Source: Takakia lepidozioides (taxonomy: Eukaryota > Plantae > Bryophyta). From it: a stretch of DNA of 64,000 nt. Both the position numbers and the translations under genes were made by a program. A model generated the notes under the pieces. That model ran no database searches and was not told the DNA's origin. It worked only from the letters and a program-made list of their open reading frames with translations. Below, piece by piece: positions 12,822-24,999 of this stretch (position 1 is the first letter of the stretch; each line of letters begins with the position of its first letter). The stretch is from positions 24,738,001-24,802,000 of the forward strand of contig CM060734.1 in the NCBI GenBank assembly GCA_030704615.1. The letters run 5' to 3'.

Positions 12822-13150
12822 GATGGCAGGCTGGCACACCACCTCCAAAGCCTCCCCCGTGCATCCATGCTGCGCATATCCAGTGATCATTGCATTCCAT
12901 GTCACCACAATTCATTCAACCATATTGTCAAGCACTCCCTTCCATATGCCCACTAGGGCAGTGTTCAGAAAGTCAAGGCTCGTACCTTCTTGCTTTGATG
13001 AAGTCACCATGAACCTCTTTGCCTTTCCCTAGGGTTGGCAGGCTGGCACCCCATCTCCAAAGCCTCCCACACGCAAGCATGCAACCCATATCCAGCGATC
13101 ATCGCATTCTATGACACACAATTCGTTCAGCTGTATTGTCAAACAAGCCC
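12822..13150. repeat. Diverged ~110-bp direct repeat pair
   Basis: GGCAGGCTGGCAC.CCA.CTCCAAAGCCTCCC...ACAATTC.TTCA...TATTGTCAA at ~12825-12930 and ~13037-13142. Confidence 0.75.
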
Positions 13151-13169
13151 ATACCCAAGCGGGGTCGAA

Positions 13170-13329
13170 CCCACTACTAATGCCCTTTGTGCAGGAAAAT
13201 GTGTCAAAGTCTGATTGGCGGTGCCGGGAGGCAGCCACATATGCTTTTGGTTCAATACTTGAGGGGCCTACTTCGTTGGGAAAGCTTTTGGCCCTCAACT
13301 TCATGCTGAGCGCCATGAAAGACGAATAG
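13170..13329 (+). pseudogene. Importin-beta central fragment (opposite orientation)
   Basis: PLLMPFVQENVSKSDWRCREAATYAFGSILEGP...LNFMLSAMKD. Confidence 0.85.
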
Positions 13330-13336
13330 AATCATG

Positions 13337-16300
13337 TTTCCAATCATCTCTCCAAAACTCAATCAGAGTGGAGTGCTACAATGAGCATAATCAGAACTTT
13401 ATAGACAACACCAGCTCAAAGGGTATTCCAAAAGGCTAGTTTGATAAGTTAAGCCAGCCCCTATGTATTTTGAAAAAGCCCAACAAGACCACTGCTTGGT
13501 ATTCTTCCAAATCAAGTACAGCTTGGTACTTTCCAAGTTAACATAGTAAAACTGAACCTGTTTCAAATTCAAAGGATGGTTCCAATGGCATCGTTGGCAA
13601 CCTTAAAACAGGTGTTATGTAATCTGAAAAGCCCATCACGTCAGCTGCTTGGTAATCTCTAAGTTAAAACAGTGTAACCAGGGCTGTTTTAAATTTAGAA
13701 TTCTGACCTCAATGTTCAAAAAGTACCGCTTGGTACTTACCGAGTTAAATCAGCATAAGAAGGCCTATCTTAAGCATCATTGGATAGCCTTATAAGGTCT
13801 GGAGATGGTACCTCCAGCACCATATCAAAATGCAGCCGAAGCTCAGACTGGTATCATGCCAGAAAACTGATTTACAATCAGGTTGAAAACCCCACCAATA
13901 TGGTACCAAAGTTCAGACTGGTATCATACCAGAAAACTGACTTATAATTAGGTTACAACCCATAAAAACCAAAAAGGATTAAGGTTGAGAGGCTGAATCG
14001 TATCAGATGCCCCACTGAAGCAGTATGTAGCGTCAATCGTCACCATCGCCAAGTCCTTTGATCATCTGCAAACTGAAAAAATACACATCAAGTGAAGACC
14101 CTCACCTGTGCCCGTCCCAAAAACCACCCGTCCCAAAAACCACCACAACAAGATGTGTGTTAGTGAGGATGCACGAGGTGAGTAGCACGTCTTCACAGTT
14201 GCTATCCATGTTGCATTTTACAGTGAGCAAATTGATCAAAAGTAAAACATAGATGCGACACCACAAATAACTTTAATCGTTTGTGGAGTGGGACGCTGCG
14301 GCATTCAACCCCTGAATCTCAAGAGATCACAGCAGAATGCAACAAATTGGGATATTTGAGGACAAATTGCATCTTTACAAAGTGCATGATACTTCCCCCA
14401 TTACCTTATGAGCGCTACTGCTTCATGAATAAGAAAAATTGCAGGCAAACACAACATTAGATCATTTGCCAGTACGGGAAATGGAAGAGCCTACCGCCAT
14501 CGCGCAAGAAAAAACAAAATGCACGCGGATCGTGATGCTTGAGCACTCAGCTCAGCCGCCATCGCCATCCTCCAGAAAAAACAAACACGAGTATCGTGCC
14601 GTGCTTGGGGCAGAGAGGCAGTTAGCAAACCATCCCGTGATTTCATCCACTAAGATGAAATTTTGCATTTCATTAGAATTACATCATCTTAGGTTTACAT
14701 CCATTAGGGTAACATCCAAGATGGATGTAATCCGTCATGGATGAAAAATTGCAAGCTACATCCTTAATGATAAAGCTCAAGACAATAATTCATCCAGTTA
14801 GGGATTATACCTGGCATATTTTTCATATGGATGAAATTCAAAACATATTCCATTAGGGATTAGAAAGAAGGTATATCCAAACCAGGTAGGCTTAGGAAAA
14901 AAATTGTTAATTCCAAACAGATAATTGGAGAGAGGGAGAGAGAAGGAGAGAGGGGGCGCCCACCATCCAACCCCTGGTATGGCAGTCCCTTATGGAGTGA
15001 GTGTGGTATGTACTCACCCCGTAAGGGAGTGCATACCGGACCCATTCTCATAAGGTTCTCCCTCTACAATATAGTTCTATCCTTGGACTTGAATACCAAA
15101 AAAATAAAAGGTCTACATTCTCTCTGCCCTCAGATCACGAGTGAACATTGGCATAGCATAAATCAAACTTGGCAAGAATATAGAATCATGTGTTTTCCAT
15201 GTTACCTCTTATCTTGTCAACAAGCTCTTGTAAAAAAGTAGAGACCAAGGAAGGATCTCCGTGCGATGCAGTTTTATCTTTGGTTAAAAAACTACAGTCT
15301 CTGCTTCCCAAGTCAAGAGAAAATATGGACAAAACATTCATATAGCTGGGCACGCAAGAGTTCAAAAATTACAAGTGTTCTTCAACCGATGGCAGTAAAT
15401 TATTGCACATTTTTCCACCATATCAGCCAACTTTATGGTTACAACCATTTTTCCAAAGGTATGAATAAGAACTTGTGTTCTTCCCAGTGGCAGTAATCTA
15501 CTTCCCGTGATTCACAACATGAACATGTAAATAAGAACATTGGCAGCAATCTGTTGCCCATCTTTTCACCATATCAACCAGCTTTATGGTTTTAAAACCA
15601 CATTTCCTTAAGGTATAAAAAAAGACATATCATGTTACACCTGGGCATTTTTTTAGTGGTGCTATAAAGAGCAAACCCACATCCAGGAGAAGTATTAAAG
15701 CCCACGAGTAGGGAAGGCTTTTCATCATAAGGGATCTGATGCTGACATAAGACATCAACTACAGGTTACCAGTTAACAGGAGTAATATGCATTGACCGGA
15801 TCATGTAGAAGGTGTACACACATACTCTAACATGCTGTTTTACCCGGGCCTAGCTCATAATATCAGTATGCAAGAAACCCTTAGATGTTCTTCAAGTAAT
15901 ATCAGCAATGCCTTTCTCTCGTTGTCCAATCCGCCAACAATTTTTTATTGGAGAGGATCATCATACCTTATGAGGGATTTGTTGCTCCACACTATTGTTA
16001 TGGAGGTATAGGGGGCTGATACCCCATGGCTTTCCTAGACATCTGCAAAAGCCGTTAAAGGTGTTAGTACATCATAGTAAGAAAACTGGAAAATGGCAAT
16101 GAGAGAGAGTGTGTGTACAGAAACCACTAAGTACACTGGTCAAGAATAGAGAGGGAAGATATATTGTCTTGTCGAGACATGGACACGACCAAACAAGGTT
16201 TTTGTCAAATTAACGACAAATCAGCCTCATAACAAGGCACTATCTAACTTCACCTTCCATAGGCAGTATCTTACCTGATAAAAACTCATGTCATCTTCTT

Positions 16301-16711
16301 GAAAATACATGAAAAATTAGGGTGGGAGGGTGGGATTTCCAAGACAACCATCACCCTAGATTCAGATGTCATTCATCATTGAAGGAGTCTTGTTTTTCTT
16401 ATAAAACAATTGGGACAAACACCACCACCTTTGGTACATACCAGATCCGCATAAACACTTGAGCCTTTAAGAATGAGTTGTGGTGTTGCAATTCCAAGAG
16501 CCCAGCCAGATAATTTAGACCAGCCAACATGCTATGTCTATGTTCCATGAATGCATAAAGGTCTGGATCTGGTTTTCCAATCCTCTCCAAAACTCAATCT
16601 GAGTGGAGTGCTCCAATGAGAGCGGAGTGCTACAATGAGCATAATCAGAACTTTATAGACAACACCAGCTCAAAGGGTATTCCAAAAGGCTAGTTTGATA
16701 CGTTAAACCAG
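13337..16711 (-). repeat. Unclassified ~3.2-kb repeat family, copy A
   Basis: Near-identical ~120-bp direct repeats at 13337-13457 and 16574-16711; blocks 14091-15050 and 15780-16350 are homologous to 26783-27862 and 25000-25620. Confidence 0.65.
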
Positions 16712-16714
16712 GGC

Positions 16715-17750
16715 GACCGAGCATTTGTACTCACCAGGGCCTCCCCGGCATGCCCAAGCAAGGAAAGGTCGAAAAGGCATTTGACCTCTCCGCGTCCACG
16801 GACCACCTATCACTGTACCTGGCAAGCGAAGTCCTCATCGGAACAATCGGCAGCAAGCTCACCATGCACCTGATCACAGAAACATACCTACACAATGACG
16901 AATTCGAAATTATGCATGTCGCCAAGACAGGACCTGACACAAAATTTTGTTTCATCTACCTAGCTACCGAGGACACCAAAACAAGAATGCTCGCCCACGG
17001 AGTACGGATCAAGCATATGCTAATCAACCCTCAACTCCGCACAAGACGCACAAGTGTGACCGGCATTGCCGCAACACCACAGGAAATCTCTGCGGAGAGA
17101 GATGTCCTCACCCTAGTGGTGAAAAATCTCAATCCATTGCACCCACAAGCAGAGACAGAAGCAGCAATTCGCAACTTGATGGGCAAAGACAACATCGAAA
17201 GCCTGCACTTCAACAAGATTGCCAGAACGGAGAAAGTCCGCCACAATGGTATGATCCTTATCACCTGGAAAAACCCGAGCATATATACTCAGTAGAGCAA
17301 TAGACCCCCCACCCTTGTAATTGACAGGCTAGTTCGTTTTGAGCCGCACATTTGTAGCTTGAATGGCTCGGAGCCACCTGCGGCCGAAATTCTAGAAAGG
17401 TTACGAGTGGCCAACATTAATCAGGCTCTGGCAGACACCATCAACTCGATCATCATCAAACTAGAAACAAAGTCCAAAGGAGGCCATGACTCTATGCTGA
17501 CGGATATTGACAGGAGGCTCGCCGCCCATGCTATGTCAATCAAATCTGACATGTGAGGACCAGGGTTTGCCATCACCATGACTGCTCGACAGGATTCGCC
17601 ACCTACAATACTACTACTCTATTACCAAATACATGGGCATTCACTTGGCCAGCTTCTACGAACCGCCAACAAATATCTTGCAACTGCCACTACCCTCAGA
17701 GCCTCCCCTCTCGGCGCAGGGCTTCAAGCCCTTGGTAATGCGCAACTACT
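16715..17750 (+). mobile_element. Probable LINE ORF1-like remnant followed by C-rich low-complexity DNA
   Basis: RRM-like segments (KFCFIYLATEDTK; LTLVVKNLN...RHNGMILITWKNP) with premature stops; lies in a retroelement nest. Confidence 0.45.
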
Positions 17751-17799
17751 CCCGCCAACGTCACAAGTCCATGAGATTGTCCAATTGCCCACCGTTCAC

Positions 17800-17818
17800 A
17801 ACCCCACCCACCCCCCCC

Positions 17819-17851
<33 letters not shown>
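17800..17851. repeat. Poly(C) tract
   Basis: Run of ~31 C preceded by ACCCC units. Confidence 0.95.
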
Positions 17852-19276
17852 ACTTTTTGATGTTGCGTTGCGCACCAAGGACGACCCCGCCCTGCTGATG
17901 GCTGCCCCATCGCCAGCACACCATACCAAGTCGCCCACACCATCACCTCCTACCAGCACTGATGCATATCCAGCTGCGAAGACGGCACAGCTGCCAGGGC
18001 CCCCGGGTCCCCTCCTCTCCAAGGCCTTTGCTTTATTGTTCACTATCAACTCTCAACTCTCAATACCTGCTATACTGGGCCCCGTAGCCAGCTATTTTTT
18101 TTTCTCCTCATCTCTAATCAGAAATCTGTCTTCACTCTCCTCCCTAACCACCTCTCTCTGTGTCTACCCACTGCCCCCAATATACTGACCACCTGCGACC
18201 CTTCTCTCACTATTACGAGCTCACTCTGCGCTCCATCGATCTGCACTGCACGCACACACTGCACTACTATTCACTATCTACAAGCCCCTTCTACTCCAGC
18301 GCCCCCTTAAACGCACAATCCCATCTCCCTGCTCGTACCCAGATGGCCCCCTCCACCCCCCCCGCCCTACACGTGGCGGATCCCTACTACAGACACGTCC
18401 CGCCTCCAATTCAATCATAACCCCTACCAGCCCACCCCTCTTCATTAACTATTGAACTCACCCATCATCCTCTTAAGACATCCATCTCTCCGACACAACA
18501 TTATTCATCTCGTCATCTCCCATGCCCCAGAGACATCATTTACGGGCTGTCGGCCAGCCCTCCCGTACTTACCCACTCATGTCCCATACGTTTCAATCCC
18601 CGCCACATCCAACAAACACCCCTATACCCCGCGCCTAACCCCCACCCATTCATTCACTCCACAATCACTACATCCATCCCCCTCACCCATACCCCCACCC
18701 CTGCCCCTGGCCATCTCCTCCACCCCACACCCCACAACTCCGCTTTCATGGATATCACTTGATTACCAATACTACACATCCCCATATCCATGACGGATAC
18801 GAAACCCAATCCCCCCCCCAATCCCCCTCCTTTATCCCCCCCCCCTTTATCCCCATATCCCACCCCACCCCATCACCTGCCAACCAGGCTCCACCTCACG
18901 CACACCGAGCTCTTCCAGGCCCCAATGACCTCACGACCACTCTTATTCCCTCTCCCCATCACCAGCTATATGTTAATCCCACCCCCCCCTCATAACTCGT
19001 TGCCCAACGCCCTGGCCGATATACTACAATCCTCACTTCTAACTCTTAACACTCCTACATCATGTATCATCCCCCGTCACACCAAGCTAAAGCTAATGTG
19101 CCTGCGAAACCCTTCTCCTCCTGAGATTGGGGACATACAATCCCAACCCTGGCCCTGATGATACACCAACCTTAATTGATACACTTCATATAGACTCTCA
19201 AGAGCGTTACAAACAAACCGCATACTTTAGACAAACAACGGTCTCGCTTACGCCTGCATATCAACACAGACGCTTC

Positions 19277-19717
19277 GGATGTGGTGTCGATTACAAGGCT
19301 CTGAATAAAGTACTATCAAAAATCGGTACCCTTTGCCAGGATCGCGACCCTCTTTGATCGAGTTGGCAGGAGCGACAGTATTTCAGCCGGATCGACTTGC
19401 GCCTCCGGCTATCATCAAATCGAGTGGCGGAAGGAGAGAGGAGAAGAACCGCGTGCAGGACAAGTTATGTTCTAGAGTTCTTGGTAATGCCTTTTGGGCC
19501 ACCAATGCACCAGCGACATTTAGCACGTTGATGAACAGCCTTTTCCAGGAGTGTTGGATGACTTTGTGATCGTGTACTCGACGACATCTTGGTGTATTCG
19601 AAACAAAGGAGAGCACCTGGAGCACACCTCAAAGGGTGTTCCAGAAATTGCGGAAGGGAAGCTGTATGCCAAGCTTCAAAGTGCGAATTCGGGGTCACAA
19701 GGGAGTTCTGGGGCATG
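19277..19717 (+). mobile_element. Ty3/Gypsy RT fragment with dense indels; inverted copy of 24090-24545
   Basis: VDYKALNK, FSRIDLR, TNAPATFSTLMNSLFQE, LYAK motifs; collinear at nucleotide level with the minus-strand copy. Confidence 0.85.
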
Positions 19718-19974
19718 TCCGCACATCGTCCACACGGCACATAAACTTCATCAATCCCACGCAACACCTATTATTTCTCCTAATCCTTAACATCTCCCCA
19801 CTCCCAACCATATGCAACGACTACCTCGCGACCTAACCCGAATACGCATTTCGGTGCCCCCTTTGCACAGGCTACAACCTGCTACCCCTACAACTACACC
19901 TGCTACCCACCTACCCACCCCCACAATTAACCTAGCACCCCCCCCCATCACCCTAACTCTCCACAAATGCCTGA

Positions 19975-22900
19975 GAGTTTCGAATACTGGGCAGGGAAGG
20001 TTCTTGCCCTGTGGTTGACTATTGTAGTTTAGGAGGAGGTCCAGAGGGGAATGACGTTCAAGGCTCCACTGCCTGTAAAAGACTTTGATTAAGGGCCCAA
20101 TTTTAGCCGTGCAGTGCAGGTGAGTGGCAATGCTCATGGTCTCGATGATTTCTGAGGAACAGCACGAGCACAAGTGCGTCATGAATTGTAGCCCCTCCCT
20201 ACCTTGAGTTCTCTATTTGCGATTTGCCAAGAACCGAGATTTTGGCTGGCCTAATCTTCAGCCCAAATCGAAGACCATATCGGTGTCCATTTTTCATTTG
20301 CGAAACCCCATGAGCCCACTTGCCATTCCATATGGGGAAAGGGGAAGCTGATTGTTGAGGGCCCTGTAGGCTTTTCTTGGGGGTGTAGAGAGAAGCGGGG
20401 TTGGGGAACAACCAAAATCTCCAATCCCATTCTTTTGGGTCTAGATTGAGGTCAGCCAGGGGCCTACCAGAGATCCACACAAACGTGTTTGAAGCTAGCC
20501 AGGAAAGGATAGGTGTAGTGAGGCGGGGGAGAGGATCAAAATCTTTGAATTTTGAAGACCAGGTTTGCAGATATCGACCAGGGGTATGAGGAAGCAAGGG
20601 AAGAGAGATTGTGAATGGGAGATTAGGATGAGGGTCAGAGTATGAGGGTGAATGTGGAAATCGAACCCATGATAGTGTGAATCAGTGACTTGAAGGACCA
20701 GGATGATGGTGAGCTAACCATTTATGATACCCAAAGTCCCGAAGTTCATGAGGGGGTTTGAGGCCCTGCCTGCAGAGCTGCAATCCAGTGTAGTGGAATA
20801 GAATTGATAATAAGTTGAAGCCTGATCTGACCCTGGTCATACCCACTATAGGGGCGGTGGAAACTTCCTGCTGAAAACCGCAGGTGACCCAGGTCCGTAA
20901 GTTGGGTTATGCCTCTGTTGTCCTAACCAGCGACCATCTCTTGGCCAGACCCCTTTCTTCTTCGGCGAGGGACTATTGGTGTTCAGAAAAGATGCCTGCC
21001 GTAGAGTTTTCCTCATCAGATTCGGGGCTTTTTTTTTTGGAGAAATGGTTTTGATTGAAGCCCAAGCCTTCCAGATTATGACCAGAGAGGTGAGCCAACT
21101 GATTTGTGCCTAAACACTTTGGGTGTATCCGCGAGCGAAGGCTGCCATTTGGAGTTTTCAGGGGACTTGCCACATGAGGTTCCCCACCACTAGAAACTTT
21201 CCACGAACCTCCTGCCGGGCCCCAGAATCTGGGGATCCACTTCCCAAGAGGGCATGATCTGGGTTTCTTCTTGTCGAGAACTCCCAGCCCCCATTTTCTT
21301 TGTTGACAGATCTGTTTCGCACAAGACCTGTGACGAACCTTTTGACCTGGCCCCGCAAGCTCCCCAGATGAAGTTGCGAAGCAAGCTTTATATTCACGGA
21401 CTTGGTTGCGGGAGGGGCGCCAGAGATGCCGCATAGAACCAAATGCCAGCGGATCCACCTGATTTGCTATCAATGCCCGTCCTGTGATTGATAGGAATGT
21501 TTGGCCCCAGAAGAGAGAATTTATTTTGATCTTTGAAGGGATAGGGGCAAAGCGTTGCTCATCTGAGAGGTCAACCCCGAAGGTATAGCCTAGCAGGGTG
21601 GTCGTCTGACCCGGTTGCAGCCAAGAAAGACCTATATTAGTTCCCCAGAGGGTGAAGGCCCTAGGGCGGATTGGACGTATCACCACACTCAAGAAGGGCG
21701 TAGGTTTTGTTCCAATTAAACTTCGAAGCCCGAGGCCACAAGAAGGAAGATAAAGTGGCAAAGGCACTGTCTAGATGATTTGGGTTTGCTTTAAGCATAA
21801 GGAAAGTGTTATCTACACTACATAGCTCCATGATCTGTATAGGCTGATTAGTGATGTAGCTAGTGAGTTTGAGTCCTGTGATTCGCTGATTTGCTTGCAG
21901 CATGTAACCCAAGGTGTCCGCTGCAATGATAAAGAGAAAGGGAGCCAGAGGGCAGCCCTGTCTGACAGAACACTGAGCAAGAAGGCTTGGAGACCGAACA
22001 TTAACAATAACTCTACTAGTTGATCCTGACAGGAGAATGCGTACCCATTGGCAGAAGCTGGGGGGTAGACCAATCTTGGCAAGGGTATCTAAGAGAAAGG
22101 GCCACTCCACCCGATCGAAGGCCTTTTCAAAGTCAAGGAGAAGGAGGGCTATAGCATGTTGGGTTTTGAGAGCATAGTGGGGTAACTCTTGGGCTAGCAG
22201 CAGGTTATCCAAAATGTACCTTCCTTTAATGAAGCCTGACTGGCTTGGTCTGATGATGGAAGGCAAAAGCGGTTGAAGACGGAGTGCGAGCCCCTTTGCT
22301 ATGAGTTTGTATGCTACATTCAGAAGGGTAATAGGTTTGTAGTTGGTTAGGCTAGTTCTATCTATCTCCTTTTTTCAAAAGAAGAGTAATGACTCCCTGT
22401 GACATTGCAGCAGCATGTGTTTGAGAGGAAGATGTGGTTGGACATTGCTAGAAAGTCCTCCGAGATGGGGTCCATAGTTTCCTGTAGAACTCCACTGGGA
22501 TACCATCCAAGCCAGGGCACTTCCCCTCTTTAAGTTTAGACAAAGCCTCTGACAGTTCGTCCTCAGAGAGGGGTCCTTCCAGGGAAGCGGCAACAGCAGG
22601 GGAGACCAGGGTGGGTGTATTGGCCAGGCAGGCTTTGTGCTCTGTTGAGTCAACAGGGACATCACTGCGGAAGAGGGCTTGAAAGTGGTTTGCGGCGAAG
22701 CGGGCCATGGGTTTAGGGTCTAAGAAGGATGCACCAAAGGAGAGATCGGTGAGTTCAGATATGGATTGGGATGCTTTTCTGAGTTTGGTTTTAGCGAAGA
22801 AACACCTGGTCATTTTTTCTCCCTTGGAAGACCAGTTGATCCCTACTGAAAGTTTGAGTTTTTGCGCTTGCAGGTTGTGGAAGGAAAGTATTGAAAACAG
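19975..22900 (-). mobile_element. L1-like LINE ORF2 (RT and C-terminal zinc-binding region), decayed
   Basis: GKCPGLDGIPVEFY, QSGFIKGRYILDNLLL, LDFEKAFDRVEW, VRQGCPLAP, WLQPGQTTTLLGYTFG (shared with the 8-9.7 kb copy), CSCC..ET..H..LHC. Confidence 0.88.
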
Positions 22901-23164
22901 ATAACAGAAACGAGGAGAAGCTTTGGAATGAAGGAGCAGGGATAGAGTGTGGGTCGAGATTCATCGAAGCGGGCCAGATTTCAAGCTCCAGATTACCTAT
23001 TATTCCCTATGGAAGGATAGCTACAAGAAACCTGCATGGGTAGATGGTCAATTGGAAGCCGCGGCAGCAGCGACACAAATGATAAAATTAGGCACCTCAA
23101 CCATGACCACAGCTTCTGGAAGAGGATCAAGAGAGCGAGTCCACAATGCATGTTCTGGCACTTC

Positions 23165-23275
23165 TGGGCATGTCAAGATGCTTTGTGAGGCAGGCAGACT
23201 GAATGAGGCTCTACAGACTTTAAACCAATGAGGAATTTCAGCAGATTCAAATAAGTATGTCTGTCTCTTGCTTAA
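23165..23275 (+). pseudogene. PPR N-terminal fragment
   Basis: VKMLCEAGRLNEALQTLNQ*GISADSNKYVCLL. Confidence 0.6.
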
Positions 23276-23593
23276 GTGGTTTTGAAGATTATGCTTGGCT
23301 TCCAAATAGGTATTGTTAGAGCCCTTACCAAGTGCCTTTCAGTCTGTAAAAAGAAAATGGAGTCACCTCGGTTCAATTTTGTTCGGCCGCTTCCAGCATC
23401 CCACCGCTACTCCCCCGCCGGAATTCGGACCAATCAAAAATGCCCCCAAAAAAGGGTGTTCTCTTCGTTCACTATTGCAGAACTCTCTATAAAGAGTGCA
23501 CGAAGTAGAACACAAATCAAGTTTGGAGTGCAAAACAGGGAAGAAACTGTGGTTTTGGGTCCAATGAATTTTTTGATCCCAAATTTGGCACGC

Positions 23594-24994
23594 ACTTCAC
23601 CGTGACATTGTCCGTGAACACCTTCACTGGGTTGGAACCAACATAGTGGCGCCAAAGCTCAAGACAGTGCACCACCGCGTTCATCTCTTTCTCGTGCGTC
23701 GGCCACTGTCGCTCCACTTCATTCAGTTTCTTACTTTCGTAAGCCACTGGGCGTCCATCTTGCATCAGTAACCCGCAATCGCGAAGTCCGACGCATCTGT
23801 GTGTATCTCGAACGGACGATCGAACTCCGGGATTTTCAAGACTGGAGCTTCCGCCATCCGCTGCTTCAATTCAGCAAAAGCTTGGCCACAAAAGGTGTTC
23901 CATGCCCAAACTTTAGATTTACACAGAAGGTCTGACAGCGGCCCCCCGCAATCTTGGCGAAATTTCTCACATACTTCCGGTAATAGGAGGCGAGTCCTAG
24001 GAAGGATCGCACTCCCGGGACCGAAGTCGGAGGCTCCCAGTCCAAGATCGCCCTCACCTTCCTGTCATCCATTTTGACCCCATCCTGTGTAATTACATGC
24101 CCCAGGAACTCCACTTTTGTGACCCCGAATTCGCACTTTGAAGCTTTGGCATACAGCTTCCCTTCCCGCAATTTTTGGAACACCCTTTTGAGGTGCTCCA
24201 GGTGCTCCTCCTTTGTTTTCGAGTACACCAAGATGTCGTCGATGTACACGATCACAAAGTCATCCAACCACTCCTGGAAAAGGCTGTTCATCAGCGTGCT
24301 AAATGTCGCTGGTGCATTGGTGAGCCCAAAGGCATCACAAGAACTCATATGAACCATACCTTGTCCTGCACGCGGTCTTCTCCTCATCTCCTTCCGCCAC
24401 CCGAATTTGGTGATTGCCGGAGCGCAAGTCGATCCGGCTGAAATACTTCGCTCCTGCCAACCGATCGAAGAGGTCGTCGATCCTTGGCAAAGGGTACCGG
24501 TTTTTGATAGTCACCTTATTCAAAGCCCTGTAATCGACACACATCCGTAGCGTCCCATCCTTCTTGTTTGCAAATAGCACCGGGGCTCCGTAAGGTGACT
24601 TACTCGGCCGGATGTACCCCTTTGACATTAGATCCTTGAGCTGAGTCTTCAGCTCGACCAACTCTCTGTGGCTCAACCGGTAGGGCGCCTTGGCAGGCGG
24701 TTCCGATCCCGGTATCACCTCAATCTTGTGGTCAACTCCTCTTCGCGGTGGCAAGCCACTTGGTAAATCCTCCGGCATCACATCCTAGTATTTCTCCAAA
24801 ATCCCCTTGATCCAATCTGGGCTCGGCTCCCCATCGCCTTCTCCTTTCACTTCTCTAATATAAAGCAAAAATTGGGGCTCGTGTGCCTCCTCCACGGCCC
24901 ACTCCTTTGCTGACAGAAGGTTTATTCGCCCTCCCACGGATTTGGGCGTTTCCGACACTCGTAACATAAGGCATCGGCTACAGGGGACCGGCAA
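23594..24994 (-). mobile_element. Ty3/Gypsy pol fragment (RT-RNase H)
   Basis: [64 protein letters not shown]...EKEMNAVVHCLELWRHY; frameshifted. Confidence 0.92.
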
Positions 24995-24999
24995 ACAAG

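Noticed and set aside
13848-13928. TGGTATCA motifs as a tRNA-Met primer-binding site
   Set aside because: They are part of a local ~70-bp duplication, are not preceded by an LTR-ending CA and are not followed by gag.
17578-19158. Proline-rich or glycine-rich ORFs as extensin-like genes
   Set aside because: They are by-products of C-rich low-complexity DNA, open in several frames without gene structure.
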